DNA from: an uncultured Gallionellaceae bacterium
GTDB taxonomy: Bacteria; Pseudomonadota; Gammaproteobacteria; Burkholderiales; Gallionellaceae
Length of the DNA: 60,981 nt
Reading direction: 5' to 3'
Assembly: GCA_903876625.1 (NCBI GenBank)
Contig: CAIRAO010000330.1
Span: 1-60,981 of the forward strand
Shown: positions 1 to 10,556 of the stretch, piece by piece
How the letters are laid out: each line of letters begins with the position of its first letter
Numbering within the stretch: position 1 is the first letter of the stretch
Translations under genes and position numbers: made by a program
The notes under the pieces: model-generated
Told to the model about the DNA's origin: nothing
What the model saw: the letters and a program-made list of their open reading frames with translations, nothing else
Databases searched by the model: none

Positions 1-27
1 GGGTGGAGCGAAGCGGAGGGGGATTTG
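1..27. repeat. Partial REP-like element, an inverted copy of the core of the element at 44512-44572
   Basis: nt 1-20 (gggtggagcgaagcggaggg) are the exact reverse complement of 44521-44540 (ccctccgcttcgctccaccc). The flanking ggatttg resembles caaatca at 44514-44520. Confidence 0.6.
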
Positions 28-99
28 TTTTTTGTTTCATCGTTCTGAGTGGCAAAATTGCCATGCCCGTTAGGATAGATTATTTCCTAACAAATTTGA

Positions 100-663
100 C
101 TAAAATCGATAGATCAACAATGCAGAGCTATTCATGTTGATCCTGTTCGTAAATGTTCCGCCCAAGACAGAGCTTTTATAACGATCCCAGGATAAACGGA
201 GGCTTGCGTTAGGCGCTACATCAGCTTGAATGCCGTAACCCAAGGTCACACCGACAACTGTATCCGAGAGCGGAAGTGGCGCCGTCGAACCTGCGAGTGG
301 AATTACTGTTGTTTCAACTCTGGCAAGTCCGCCTCTTCCATAAATTGAAAACATTCCGGAAACAGGCAGGGTGATCACACCTGAAGCGCCCAAGCCTTTG
401 GCGGATACGTTAGAGGTTGCATCAGTAAATTGCCCCAGGTCAACATACTCTGCCTCGATTGAAAGCATCGGGTTGAGTTGGCTTCCTGCAACAATGCGAT
501 ACCCGGCTCCGGAAGCAGTTACCTGTCCAGAAGAGCCTGCTACCTCAGCGGTCGTATTTCCTAAACCAAGCCCCACGTAATTCGTCAATCCAACGGCAAA
601 AGTCGGCTGAGCAATCAAACAAGATAGTACTGCGAATGCTAGCCTCAATTGAGCAATGCCCAT
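100..663 (-). CDS. Outer-membrane beta-barrel protein (OmpA-TM/OmpW-like small porin family)
   Basis: Track ORF 100..714. Start moved to the internal ATG at 661-663, which is preceded by GGAGA. Signal peptide MGIAQLRLAFAVLSCLIAQPTFA. Gly/aromatic-rich alternating strands. C-terminal ...LLIYRF aromatic terminus typical of BAM substrates. Confidence 0.75.
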   Translation of the reverse strand: MGIAQLRLAFAVLSCLIAQPTFAVGLTNYVGLGLGNTTAEVAGSSGQVTASGAGYRIVAGSQLNPMLSIEAEYVDLGQFTDATSNVSAKGLGASGVITLPVSGMFSIYGRGGLARVETTVIPLAGSTAPLPLSDTVVGVTLGYGIQADVAPNASLRLSWDRYKSSVLGGTFTNRINMNSSALLIYRF

Positions 664-889
664 TTCTATGTCTCCAGTATTTTTAAGGTGAATTGTTGCC
701 GACAACAAAGTCATATTCTAACTGCACCGGCTTTACTACGCCTAATTTACCCCGACTCCAAAAATAGATACTCTCTATGTTACTCATGTGGATATTTTTA
801 ATAGGTTGTTATTTATTAACATTGTGTAAATATTCCAAGAAATTGGGTGTCACTCCTCGGCAGATTAAAACCATAATTTATATTCGCTA

Positions 890-935
890 TTGACAATAGT
901 CCACCCCGTCAAATAAGATGCATTTTGCGTACATT
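890..935 (+). promoter_or_regulatory. Candidate sigma70 promoter (TTGACA-N18-TAAGAT) overlapped by an NsrR-like inverted repeat, upstream of glbN
   Basis: TTGACA lies at 890-895 and TAAGAT at 914-919. AAGATGCATTTTGCGTACATT at 915-935 fits ATGyAT-N5-ATrCAT with a perfect left half and 5 of 6 positions in the right half. Confidence 0.3.
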
Positions 936-1053
936 ATTTAATTTTCGTCTATCTCAATGACGAATCACTAGAGTTGAAAGCAATATTTCTCTGGCAAATG
1001 ATGTCTGCATACCAGTGGCAATTTATAACTAATCAAGACGAGGGGGTAAGATC

Positions 1054-1419
1054 ATGAGCAGCTTGTATGACAAAATCGGCGGTGAAGGGGCGGTTAATGC
1101 AGCAGTAGACATTTTCTACCGCAAAGTTCTAAAAGACGACCGTATCAAACATTTCTTTGATGGCGTTGACATGGCTAAACAATCCGCCAAGCAAAAGGCT
1201 TTCCTAACAGTGGCCTTCGGCGGACCCAATAAATACAGCGGAGAAGACATGAGAAAAGGCCATGCACACCTGGTCAAAAAAGGTCTAAACGATTCACACT
1301 TCGATGCAGTCATGGAACATCTTGGCGCAACATTGAAAGAACTCAATGTACCGGGCGATTTGATAGGCCAAGCAGCTGCAATCGCTGAAAGCACACGCAA
1401 GGACGTTTTAGGTCAATAA
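1054..1419 (+). CDS. glbN: Group I truncated haemoglobin (trHbN, 2-on-2 globin)
   Basis: 121 aa. B9-B10 Phe-Tyr in DIFYRKV and proximal His in RKGHAHL. N-terminus SLYDKIGG is typical of trHbN. SD GAGGGGG lies 8 nt upstream. Confidence 0.9.
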   Translation: MSSLYDKIGGEGAVNAAVDIFYRKVLKDDRIKHFFDGVDMAKQSAKQKAFLTVAFGGPNKYSGEDMRKGHAHLVKKGLNDSHFDAVMEHLGATLKELNVPGDLIGQAAAIAESTRKDVLGQ

Positions 1420-1434
1420 GTAAAAGTTCACATC

Positions 1435-2415
1435 ATGCCCGGCATTACTTGTGGAGGGCAGTTATATCAGTGTAAAGAGCAAGAATCTGTGCTCGACTGC
1501 TTGACTGCCCATGATGTGGAAATTCCGTCTTCATGCCGATCCGGAATTTGTCAGACCTGTTTGATGCGCGCAACCAAAGGCAAAGTGCCAGCATCCGCAC
1601 AATCCGGTTTAAAAAATACGCTTGTTGCTCAGAATTATTTTCTTGCTTGTTCGTGTTACCCCAATGTAGATCTTGAAGTTACTCTTCCGGCTCAAGGGAC
1701 GATTAAATTTTCCGCTGTTGTTGTTGAATTGAATCCACTAAGCACCGAAGTTGTCTGTCTCAAACTCAGTCTTGATAAAGATCTTGAATACAAAGCCGGT
1801 CAATTCATCAACCTGTTTAAGGACAAAAATACTTCCCGTCCATACTCCTTGGCGAGCGTGCCTGAAATCGATGAACATCTTCAATTGCATGTCAGAAAAC
1901 TGCCTGATGGATTAGTCAGCCAGTGGGTACACGGTGAGCTAAAGGTTGGTGACGTCGTGGAAATATCGGCGGCAGCCGGTGATTGTTTTTACGTGCCTGA
2001 CATTTCAAACAACAACTTGTTACTCATGGCAACGGGAACCGGATTGGCTCCTTTATATGGAATCATTCGTGATGCGCTCCTGCAAGGCCATAAAGGCGGC
2101 ATCAAGCTCTATCACGGAAGCAACACTGCCGAGTCCATCTACTTTAAAGAAGAACTGGTCAGCTTATCAAACCAACATAAAAATTTCATTTATAAACCCT
2201 GCGTTTCAGGGAATAATGTCCCGAAGGGTTTTTCTGCAGGCAGAGTGAATGAAGTAGCGCTCAATGAAAATCAGGATCTGGCAGGATGGAGTGTTTTTCT
2301 GTGCGGGCATCCTGAAATGGTTGCGAACGCGAAAAGAGATTCTTACCTTGCCGGAGCTTCAATGAACAATATTTATGCCGATCCATTTGTGATTTCTGCA
2401 AGAGCGAACACTTAA
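1435..2415 (+). CDS. 2Fe-2S ferredoxin / FAD / NAD(P)H oxidoreductase (Fd-FNR fusion of the BenC/AscD architecture)
   Basis: Plant-type cluster Cys pattern SSCRSGICQTC...ACSC. FAD motif RPYSLAS. NAD(P) motif MATGTGLAPL. Starts 15 nt after the glbN stop. Confidence 0.85.
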   Translation: MPGITCGGQLYQCKEQESVLDCLTAHDVEIPSSCRSGICQTCLMRATKGKVPASAQSGLKNTLVAQNYFLACSCYPNVDLEVTLPAQGTIKFSAVVVELNPLSTEVVCLKLSLDKDLEYKAGQFINLFKDKNTSRPYSLASVPEIDEHLQLHVRKLPDGLVSQWVHGELKVGDVVEISAAAGDCFYVPDISNNNLLLMATGTGLAPLYGIIRDALLQGHKGGIKLYHGSNTAESIYFKEELVSLSNQHKNFIYKPCVSGNNVPKGFSAGRVNEVALNENQDLAGWSVFLCGHPEMVANAKRDSYLAGASMNNIYADPFVISARANT

Positions 2416-2597
2416 CTATAAATATCAAACCGCTACAGCCCACCCTTTTGTGATAATAACTATCTGACTTAAACGCCTTAAAATAAACCGGGCTTTCCCT
2501 TGCGCACCTCTTTACCCCGTTGCAATACTGACCTGAACTTATTTCTTGTGAAAGAGTCAGTGGCCTAAAATTTAGTCATTCGAGAAGGAATGCAGGT

Positions 2598-3299
2598 ATG
2601 AAAATTCAAGAAATTATCCGGTCATTCATCCCCTACATAGCGAAGGTTCCTCTATCCGAAAAAATTCTCAGCGGCCTCGCAGGTGGAATAGCAATTTCAC
2701 TACTTGCGCTAGCTCTGCAATACTTTCCGCAAAGTACTTACCTGCTAATGCTGCCAGCTTCAATGGCCGCATCAGCTCTTTTACTTTTTGCCATACCTCA
2801 TAGCCCGCTCGCCCAACCTTGGAATCTGGTTGGCGGACACTTCATTTCCGCGCTCGCGGGCTGGTGCAGTATTTTATGTATCCACGACCCTTGGCTGTCT
2901 GCCGGGGTGGGAGTGGGCGCCGCGATCTTTCTGATGCACTATTTGAATTGTCTGCATCCACCAGGGGCTGCGACGACTTTATTAGTGGTGCTCAATAGAG
3001 TGCAATTTCAAACTATCGGATTTCCGGGATTAATGGATATTGTCATAATCAATTCTATTTGCTTACTGCTGCTTGCATTGATAATCAATAATATTATTCC
3101 CGGCAGAAAGTATCCGATACGCAATATTCCCCAACCTCTGCCCAAACCCGGCCTTTTCATTTCGCTTGAACAACAGGACCTCGAACTGGCACTGGAGCAA
3201 ATGGGGAGCGTGATTGATGTAAGCGATGAAGATCTGGCACAAATCTACCAATTTGCAGTTAACAATGCTCAAGCTCGCAATGACAAATTACCTACTTGA
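2598..3299 (+). CDS. HPP-family integral membrane protein
   Basis: Family-defining LHPPGAATTLL motif and 4-5 hydrophobic helices. SD GAAGGAA upstream. Short soluble acidic C-terminal tail. Confidence 0.85.
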   Translation: MKIQEIIRSFIPYIAKVPLSEKILSGLAGGIAISLLALALQYFPQSTYLLMLPASMAASALLLFAIPHSPLAQPWNLVGGHFISALAGWCSILCIHDPWLSAGVGVGAAIFLMHYLNCLHPPGAATTLLVVLNRVQFQTIGFPGLMDIVIINSICLLLLALIINNIIPGRKYPIRNIPQPLPKPGLFISLEQQDLELALEQMGSVIDVSDEDLAQIYQFAVNNAQARNDKLPT

Positions 3300-3329
3300 G
3301 AAGATACCCGCTAAATTCCGTTCATCTCT

Positions 3330-4763
3330 CTAGTTGGCTTCTTGCCAACCACCGCCCAGCGCTTTAAGCAAGCTCACTGCAGAAAGAAACTGACCGCCAC
3401 GAAGTTGTGATTGAACACGCAACGCTGATAATTGATTTTGTTGAACGGTTGCGAGCGTCAAGGCATTGTCTACACCTTCTTTATATCGCAATAAGGTTAA
3501 TTCGTACGCTCTGTTTTGGTTACGAACCGCTTCGTCCTGTTGCTTGCGCGCAACTTCCAATCCTTGCAGGTTGCTCAGTGCATCCTGTGCCTCCTGAATT
3601 GCCACCAGTACGGACTGCCGGTAGAGAGCTAGTGCGGCAACATATCCGGCTTGTGCAAAATTGACGCCTGCACGATTCCTTCCTCCATCAAACAAGGTTT
3701 GCGTGGCCTGAACCCCGACAGACCAAACGAGCGAAGGTGCGGAAAACAAATTGGAAAGTCCGTTTGATTCGTATCCACCGAATGTGGGCGTCAAACTTAG
3801 TGACGGAAAGTATGCCGCCTTGGCTACACCTATCTGAGCATTCGCTACCGCCATCGCGCGCTCGGCAGATGCAATATCCGGACGTCGTTCCAGCAATTTT
3901 GCCGGAACTCCAAGAGGAATCACCGGCGTTTTCGACGGCAATGTGCCGGAAGACAAATTGAAGTTGGGGGCTGGCACACCTGTTAGCGTGGCAAGTAAAT
4001 CCTCAGTTTGCTTTCGTTGGTTTATCAATAGCTGGAGTTGTACTTTGCTAGATTTAACCAAGGCACTTTGAAAAACCACGTCGTTCTCTGCCGAGACACC
4101 ATACTCATGGCGAACTTTCGTTAATTCAAGTACTTTTTCCTGCGACGCTACCGAGCCTGAAACGAAACTTATTTCCTCATCAAGCTGACGCAATTGAAAA
4201 TAGGCTGAAGCGACTTGAGCCGTTAAAATTAAACGTACATTTTCGTTATCCGCGGCAGCTTGCTCAGCGCTGGCCCGGGCGCTTTCTACATCGCGGCGTA
4301 CGCGTCCCAGCCAGTCTACTTCATAACTCACACTCACATTAGGTTTGAAATCGTTCTGCACTGTGCTGCTGTTCGGCACACTGTAATTGCCCAAGGGTCT
4401 GTTCGCTGAAGTTTGGCTTCGCGTTGCACTGGCATTGAGCGCTACGGTCGGCATGGTAGCCGCGCCATGTGCATTGCTTTGTGCAAGCGCCTGATCGAGA
4501 CGCACCACTGCGACCTTTAAACTCAAATTATCCTTGAGACAATTCGCTTCGAGTTCGTCGAGTTGTTTATCGCCAAAAGCTTTCCACCACTCTTTTTTTG
4601 GACTGGCATCAGCCGGAGTGGCGGGCTGCCAATCTGAGTCAGTTTTCCATCCGCTTGGTACATCTGTTATGTCTGGGCGTTTATAATCGAGTCCGACAGA
4701 ACTACAGGCAGCAGCCAAAAGAGCAACGCCTAAAAGCAACGCAATTTGGCGCATGGTTTTCAT
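3330..4763 (-). CDS. RND efflux outer-membrane factor lipoprotein (NodT/OprM family)
   Basis: Lipobox LLAAAC-SS and a 477-aa TolC-like repeat architecture. Its start overlaps the stop of the adaptor gene by 4 nt. Confidence 0.9.
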   Translation of the reverse strand: MKTMRQIALLLGVALLAAACSSVGLDYKRPDITDVPSGWKTDSDWQPATPADASPKKEWWKAFGDKQLDELEANCLKDNLSLKVAVVRLDQALAQSNAHGAATMPTVALNASATRSQTSANRPLGNYSVPNSSTVQNDFKPNVSVSYEVDWLGRVRRDVESARASAEQAAADNENVRLILTAQVASAYFQLRQLDEEISFVSGSVASQEKVLELTKVRHEYGVSAENDVVFQSALVKSSKVQLQLLINQRKQTEDLLATLTGVPAPNFNLSSGTLPSKTPVIPLGVPAKLLERRPDIASAERAMAVANAQIGVAKAAYFPSLSLTPTFGGYESNGLSNLFSAPSLVWSVGVQATQTLFDGGRNRAGVNFAQAGYVAALALYRQSVLVAIQEAQDALSNLQGLEVARKQQDEAVRNQNRAYELTLLRYKEGVDNALTLATVQQNQLSALRVQSQLRGGQFLSAVSLLKALGGGWQEAN

Positions 4764-5935
4764 TTTCCCTTGGGGGCCTCAGGAGATATTTCAACCGCCT
4801 GTCCGTCACTGATCGAATCCGGAGGATTCATCACTACTTTATCGTCCGGCTTCAAACCATTCTTGATCTCGACATCGCGTCCGAAATCAGTACCCAAACT
4901 AACGACTTGCATCTTGATCTTGTTGTCCGACTGAACAAGGGCAACTCTGCTTCCGGCTGAATTAAACATCAGTGCATTGGTCGGCAATATCAAACTTCCT
5001 TCTGATTTAAAAGTGAGCGCGACATCGACATAGGCTCCCGGTATCAAACTATGATCCTCGTTCGGTATCTGAATTTCTATTTGCAATGTTCTTGTGGCTG
5101 GATCAATTGCCCCTGCAGTGCGAACGATCTTCCCTTTTGTTTGCTTGTCAGTCGCTACTGTCTGCACAATATCCACGCTGTCACCGACATGTATCTGTGC
5201 TGCACGATTCTGCGGCACATAGGCATACAAGCGTAACTTATCTATTTGAGCCATAGAGAACAGCGCCTGCCCGTTACCACCATTTCCTGCATTCACCAGA
5301 TCGCCGGTATCAATGCTGCGTTTAGTCACAATACCGGCGAAGGGAGCCACTACTTTTCCGAAATCCTGCTGATCCCGCAAACGCTTAAGCACAGCCTCGG
5401 TTTGCTTATAGGCACCTATCTTGTCATCATATTCCTGCTGCGAGACTGCATCATGCTCACGCAGTCTGCCCCAGCGCTCGTAGGCAATTTTCGCCAGTTC
5501 AAAATTAGCTTTAGCTTCTTCGACTTGCTTGTTGACATCGGGAATATCCAGCGTCGCCAGAAGTTCACCTTTTTTAACCGATTGTCCAATATCCGTAAAC
5601 CATTGCTTAACATAGCCGTTGGTACGTGCATAAATCTGTGCTTGATTAATGCCCTGCAAACTGCTCGGCAAGGTGAGTTTATTCTCATAATTGCTAATGC
5701 TTGGCTGAACAACTCGCACCTGCAAGATTGCACTTTCTGCGGCACGTGCCGCCAAAATATCAGCGTTTGCATGACGGACAAAGACAGCACGACCCAAGCC
5801 GATCAAAAGCAGTAAAACAATAGCCGCTGCAATCAGCAACGCATTGCGTGCCACTTTGCTGCGATGACTTTCCTGATGGAATCCGTGAAGGTGAAATTCC
5901 GGTAATCCCTGATTTAAGTGGCGTTGATCAGTCAT
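4760..5935 (-). CDS. RND efflux periplasmic adaptor (membrane fusion protein, HlyD/AcrA family)
   Basis: N-terminal TM anchor ALLIAAAIVLLLLIGLG rather than a lipobox. Lipoyl/barrel-sandwich motifs (VKKGELLATLD). Lies between the RND pump and OMF genes. Confidence 0.9.
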   Translation of the reverse strand: MTDQRHLNQGLPEFHLHGFHQESHRSKVARNALLIAAAIVLLLLIGLGRAVFVRHANADILAARAAESAILQVRVVQPSISNYENKLTLPSSLQGINQAQIYARTNGYVKQWFTDIGQSVKKGELLATLDIPDVNKQVEEAKANFELAKIAYERWGRLREHDAVSQQEYDDKIGAYKQTEAVLKRLRDQQDFGKVVAPFAGIVTKRSIDTGDLVNAGNGGNGQALFSMAQIDKLRLYAYVPQNRAAQIHVGDSVDIVQTVATDKQTKGKIVRTAGAIDPATRTLQIEIQIPNEDHSLIPGAYVDVALTFKSEGSLILPTNALMFNSAGSRVALVQSDNKIKMQVVSLGTDFGRDVEIKNGLKPDDKVVMNPPDSISDGQAVEISPEAPKGK

Positions 5936-5945
5936 AATTTATGTC

Positions 5946-8900
5946 CTATACAGAAGCGGAAGTTGTTACGGGTGCGTCGTCACCTTGCTTGCGCGCTTTG
6001 CGATTAGCAATCCACTGATGAAATGTGGCAAACACGATCGGCACGAAGACAAGTGTAGAAACAGTTGCAAACACAAGGCCACCGATCACTGCGCGTCCGA
6101 GTGGCGCATTCTGCTCTGACCCTTCTCCGATTCCGATCGCCATTGGGATCATGCCAAGGATCATCGCCAATGCCGTCATCAATACTGGACGCAAACGCGT
6201 TGCACCAGCCTCTAGCGCCGCCGACAAAGGTGGCAGGCCGGCATCGAGCCTTTGCCTGGCAAAGGCGATGACAAGAATACTGTTGGCCGTCGCCACGCCC
6301 ATGGTCATGATCGCGCCAATTAGTGCCGGCACGCTCAAGTCTGTGCCGGTCAAGATCAGTATCCACGCAATACCCGCCAAAGCAGCCGGTAAGGCAGAAA
6401 TAATGATGAGCGGATCGAGCCACGATTGAAAATTAACCACGATCAGCAGATAAACCAAAACGATGGCGCCAAGTATCCCAGTCCCGAGGCCAATGTAGGA
6501 TGACTGCATTGTCTGCACTTGACCCTTCATGGCTATTCGGCTTCCCTTGGGCAAATCGGGTTTTGCCTCGTCAATTAAAGCCTGAATTTCTTTAGCGACT
6601 GACCCCAGGTCACGTCCTCTCACATTCGAGAAAATATCGATTGATGTCATAATGTTGTAGTGCGACACGATGGCAGCTTCTCTGGTGGTGGCGACCTTCA
6701 CCAAATTTCCCAGTGTCTGCGTGCCATTTCCCCTCGCCGCCGGAACATTAACCGGCAGATGCAAAATATCATCAAGAGAATTAATTTTATATTGCGGAGT
6801 CTGCGCTGCCAGGCTGTAAATAACGCTATTTGCCGGGTTGAGCCAGAATACCGGTTGAGTCTGCATACTTCCGGAAAGCGGAAGCAAGATATTCTGCGCA
6901 ACATCCAGCGGGCTGATACCAATGCTCTGCAACCTTGGTCTATCAACATTGAGCGAAATTACCGGCGCGTCTAAACGCTGATGCACATGCACATCTACTG
7001 TGCCACTGATTGACTTGATCCGTCTCATCAATTTTCCGGCAAAGGCAGAATTTTCAGACGTATTGCTGCCGTATATCTGCACATCGATTGCGGCCGGAAT
7101 ACCAAAATTAAGAATTTGCGCCACAATATCTGCCGGCTGAAAAAAGAACTCTACACCGGGAAATCGTTTCTCAAGTTCTGCTGGAATCTTGTCGATATAT
7201 TCACTGCTTGGTCGATGATCAGGTTTGAGTGAAATCAGGATTTCCGCATCCAATGTGCCGATCGTGCCCGAGTTGCTGTAGGAAAGATTAATTCCGCTAT
7301 AAGGTAAACCGATATTGTCAATGATCGATGCGATCTCATTCTCTGGAATAATTTGCCTTATTGCTTTATCGACCTGGTCGGAAATCAGCGCAGTATTCTC
7401 TATTCTCGTCCCTGTCGGTGCGCGCATGTGCAACTTAATTTGACCCGTATCGACAGTTGGAAAAAGATCACGGCCCAATAAAAGATATAAGCCACATGAC
7501 ACAAGACAAAAACCAAAAAAACCCGCAATAAAACTTTTACGATGGGTCAGCAAATGGCTTAGCAGCAGAATGTATGTATTGCGCAATTTTTCGAATTGGT
7601 GGTTAAACGACTCATGTACACCATGTATCCATTGATCAATTTTTCCTGCGCGTTTTTGATGTCCCATCAATAACAGCGCCAATGTTGGCACCAGTGTGCG
7701 TGAGAGCAAATACGATGCAAGCATCGCAAAAACGACTGCTTCAGCCAAGGGCACGAAAAGAAAACGTGCAACGCCTTCAAGAAAGAACATCGGCACGAAC
7801 ACGATACAAATACACAACGTGGATACCAGTGCGGGAATTGCAATTTCACCCGCACCTTCAAGAATCGCGGTATATAGCTCTGAGCCCATATGCAAATGAC
7901 GTTCTATATTCTCAATCGTCACCGTCGCATCATCCACCAAAATACCGACGGCCAGCGCCAGCCCTCCAAGGGTCATGATGTTGATGGTCTCTCCCACCGC
8001 ATGTAACAGCACAATGGAAGAAAATATAGAGAGTGGAATTGATATGGCAATGATCGAAGTCGTGCGCCAATTCCCCAAAAACAACAACAGCATTATTGCT
8101 GTCAGACCCGCGGCAATAAGAGCTTCGTGGATTACACCTGTTATTGCTGTTTTAACGAAAATGGACTGGTCGGCCAAGAGCGAAACTTCGACGTTTGTTG
8201 GCAACAGCGCTATAAGTGTGGGTAATTTTGCCTTTAGATCATTAACCACATCGATGGTCGACGCACCGCCATTTTTATATACTGAAAGCAGCAAGCCACG
8301 CTGGCCGTTCTGTTTGACAATATTGGTCTGCGGTGAGAATCCATCACGCACATGAGCAACTTCTCGCAAAAATATCGTCGCCCCATTCACCGTTTTTACC
8401 GGAATGTTATTCAACCCTGCAAGTGTCGAGGGAGAGCTATTCAGACTGATGTTATATTCAGTATCAAATAATTTTGCGGTTCCGGAAGGCAATATCAAAT
8501 TTTGCGTACTGATCGCATTGATCACATCCGTTGGTGTCATGCCTTTTGCCTGAATCATATTTGCATCCAGGTCTACCGATATCAAACGCTGTTTCCCGCC
8601 GTAGGGAAAGGGAATTGCAACCCCCGGAATGGTCACCAACTGCGGCCTCAAGGTATTGACAGCCAGATCAAAAATATCCTGTTCAGTAATTTCTTTGCTC
8701 GACATTCCAATTTGAATCACGGGTACACTTGAAGCGGTGTACTTGATGATTAAGGGTGCTGTGACTCCCGCTGGCATCTGGCGCAGCACCGTCTGGGATA
8801 CTGCGACAGTTTGCGCAATGGCCGTCTGAATATTTGCGTTTGGCTGAAAATATATTTTAACTACTGAAATACCATTCAGTGATTGGGATTCGACATGTTC

Positions 8901-9134
8901 AATGTCATTCACGGTCGTCGTCAAAATACGTTCATGCATTTGCGTAATCCGGTCTGCCATTTCCTGCGGCCGCAGTCCGGTATAGTTCCAAATTACGCTG
9001 ATAACAGGAATATCTATTTCAGGAAGAATATCAACCGGCGTGCGTGAAATGGCAAGCGGAGTGGCAAGCACGATCAGTATCGCCATCACAATAAATGTGT
9101 AAGACCGCCGTAATGCCAGTTCAACAATCCACAT
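5946..9134 (-). CDS. RND efflux permease (AcrB/AcrD/AcrF superfamily)
   Basis: 1062 aa. Two large periplasmic loops and 12 TM segments. Conserved LGGLALAVGILVDDA TM4 motif. Confidence 0.95.
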   Translation of the reverse strand: MWIVELALRRSYTFIVMAILIVLATPLAISRTPVDILPEIDIPVISVIWNYTGLRPQEMADRITQMHERILTTTVNDIEHVESQSLNGISVVKIYFQPNANIQTAIAQTVAVSQTVLRQMPAGVTAPLIIKYTASSVPVIQIGMSSKEITEQDIFDLAVNTLRPQLVTIPGVAIPFPYGGKQRLISVDLDANMIQAKGMTPTDVINAISTQNLILPSGTAKLFDTEYNISLNSSPSTLAGLNNIPVKTVNGATIFLREVAHVRDGFSPQTNIVKQNGQRGLLLSVYKNGGASTIDVVNDLKAKLPTLIALLPTNVEVSLLADQSIFVKTAITGVIHEALIAAGLTAIMLLLFLGNWRTTSIIAISIPLSIFSSIVLLHAVGETINIMTLGGLALAVGILVDDATVTIENIERHLHMGSELYTAILEGAGEIAIPALVSTLCICIVFVPMFFLEGVARFLFVPLAEAVVFAMLASYLLSRTLVPTLALLLMGHQKRAGKIDQWIHGVHESFNHQFEKLRNTYILLLSHLLTHRKSFIAGFFGFCLVSCGLYLLLGRDLFPTVDTGQIKLHMRAPTGTRIENTALISDQVDKAIRQIIPENEIASIIDNIGLPYSGINLSYSNSGTIGTLDAEILISLKPDHRPSSEYIDKIPAELEKRFPGVEFFFQPADIVAQILNFGIPAAIDVQIYGSNTSENSAFAGKLMRRIKSISGTVDVHVHQRLDAPVISLNVDRPRLQSIGISPLDVAQNILLPLSGSMQTQPVFWLNPANSVIYSLAAQTPQYKINSLDDILHLPVNVPAARGNGTQTLGNLVKVATTREAAIVSHYNIMTSIDIFSNVRGRDLGSVAKEIQALIDEAKPDLPKGSRIAMKGQVQTMQSSYIGLGTGILGAIVLVYLLIVVNFQSWLDPLIIISALPAALAGIAWILILTGTDLSVPALIGAIMTMGVATANSILVIAFARQRLDAGLPPLSAALEAGATRLRPVLMTALAMILGMIPMAIGIGEGSEQNAPLGRAVIGGLVFATVSTLVFVPIVFATFHQWIANRKARKQGDDAPVTTSASV

Positions 9135-9182
9135 ATCCCGGACTTACCGTTTAAAAATCACACAATAATATTCAATAATGAA

Positions 9183-10172
<990 letters not shown>

Positions 10173-10208
10173 ATTCTCCTTTTCATAAGCGAATTCTTCA
10201 TAGTATGT

Positions 10209-10523
10209 TTAAAGTTCAATTTTGATTCGATGCAAAAACTTTTCGATCAATACTTCGTTGCGGGAGTAATAAATCCATTGTCCTACTTTATTGGATTTAA
10301 TAAGTCCCGCTCGCTGCAAATTTGCCAAGTGAGCTGAAATGGTTGATTGGGAAAGATTCGATTTTTCAAAAATCTTACCAGCGCAAACACCTAATTCAAA
10401 AGTATGCACCTGAGAATGAAATGACTTCTTTGGTTCTTTTAGCCACCCAAGAATTTCTCTACGCACAGGGTGTGCCAACGCCTTAATGATGTCGTCGATA
10501 TCAGGTGCCGCAGGTCTTGCCAT
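10209..10523 (-). CDS. ArsR/SmtB-family winged-HTH transcriptional regulator
   Basis: ALAHPVRREIL...LSQSTISAHLANLQRAGLI motif. Start moved from the TTG at 10553 to the ATG at 10521-10523 (MARPAAP). Confidence 0.8.
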   Translation of the reverse strand: MARPAAPDIDDIIKALAHPVRREILGWLKEPKKSFHSQVHTFELGVCAGKIFEKSNLSQSTISAHLANLQRAGLIKSNKVGQWIYYSRNEVLIEKFLHRIKIEL

Positions 10524-10556
10524 AATAGTGAAATTGATTGGCCAAGCATACAAGTT

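Noticed and set aside
890-913. TTGAC-N13-GTCAA palindrome upstream of glbN, considered as an FNR/DNR/NnrR box.
   Set aside because: CRP/FNR-family sites have a 4-bp spacer (TTGAT-N4-ATCAA) and the 13-bp spacing here is incompatible. The TTGACA is better read as a -35 element.
998-1057. A 19-codon upstream ORF (MMSAYQWQFITNQDEGVRS) whose TGA overlaps the glbN ATG.
   Set aside because: It has no Shine-Dalgarno sequence and no attenuator-like hairpins. The GAGGGGG inside it serves glbN, so the ORF is probably fortuitous.
8821-8830. An exact Neisseria DNA-uptake sequence, GCCGTCTGAA, inside the RND pump gene. It caught my eye because a type IV pilus operon is present.
   Set aside because: It is a single copy in 61 kb. 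About 0.1 copies are expected by chance on both strands, whereas DUS-bearing genomes carry roughly one per kb. There is no evidence of enrichment.
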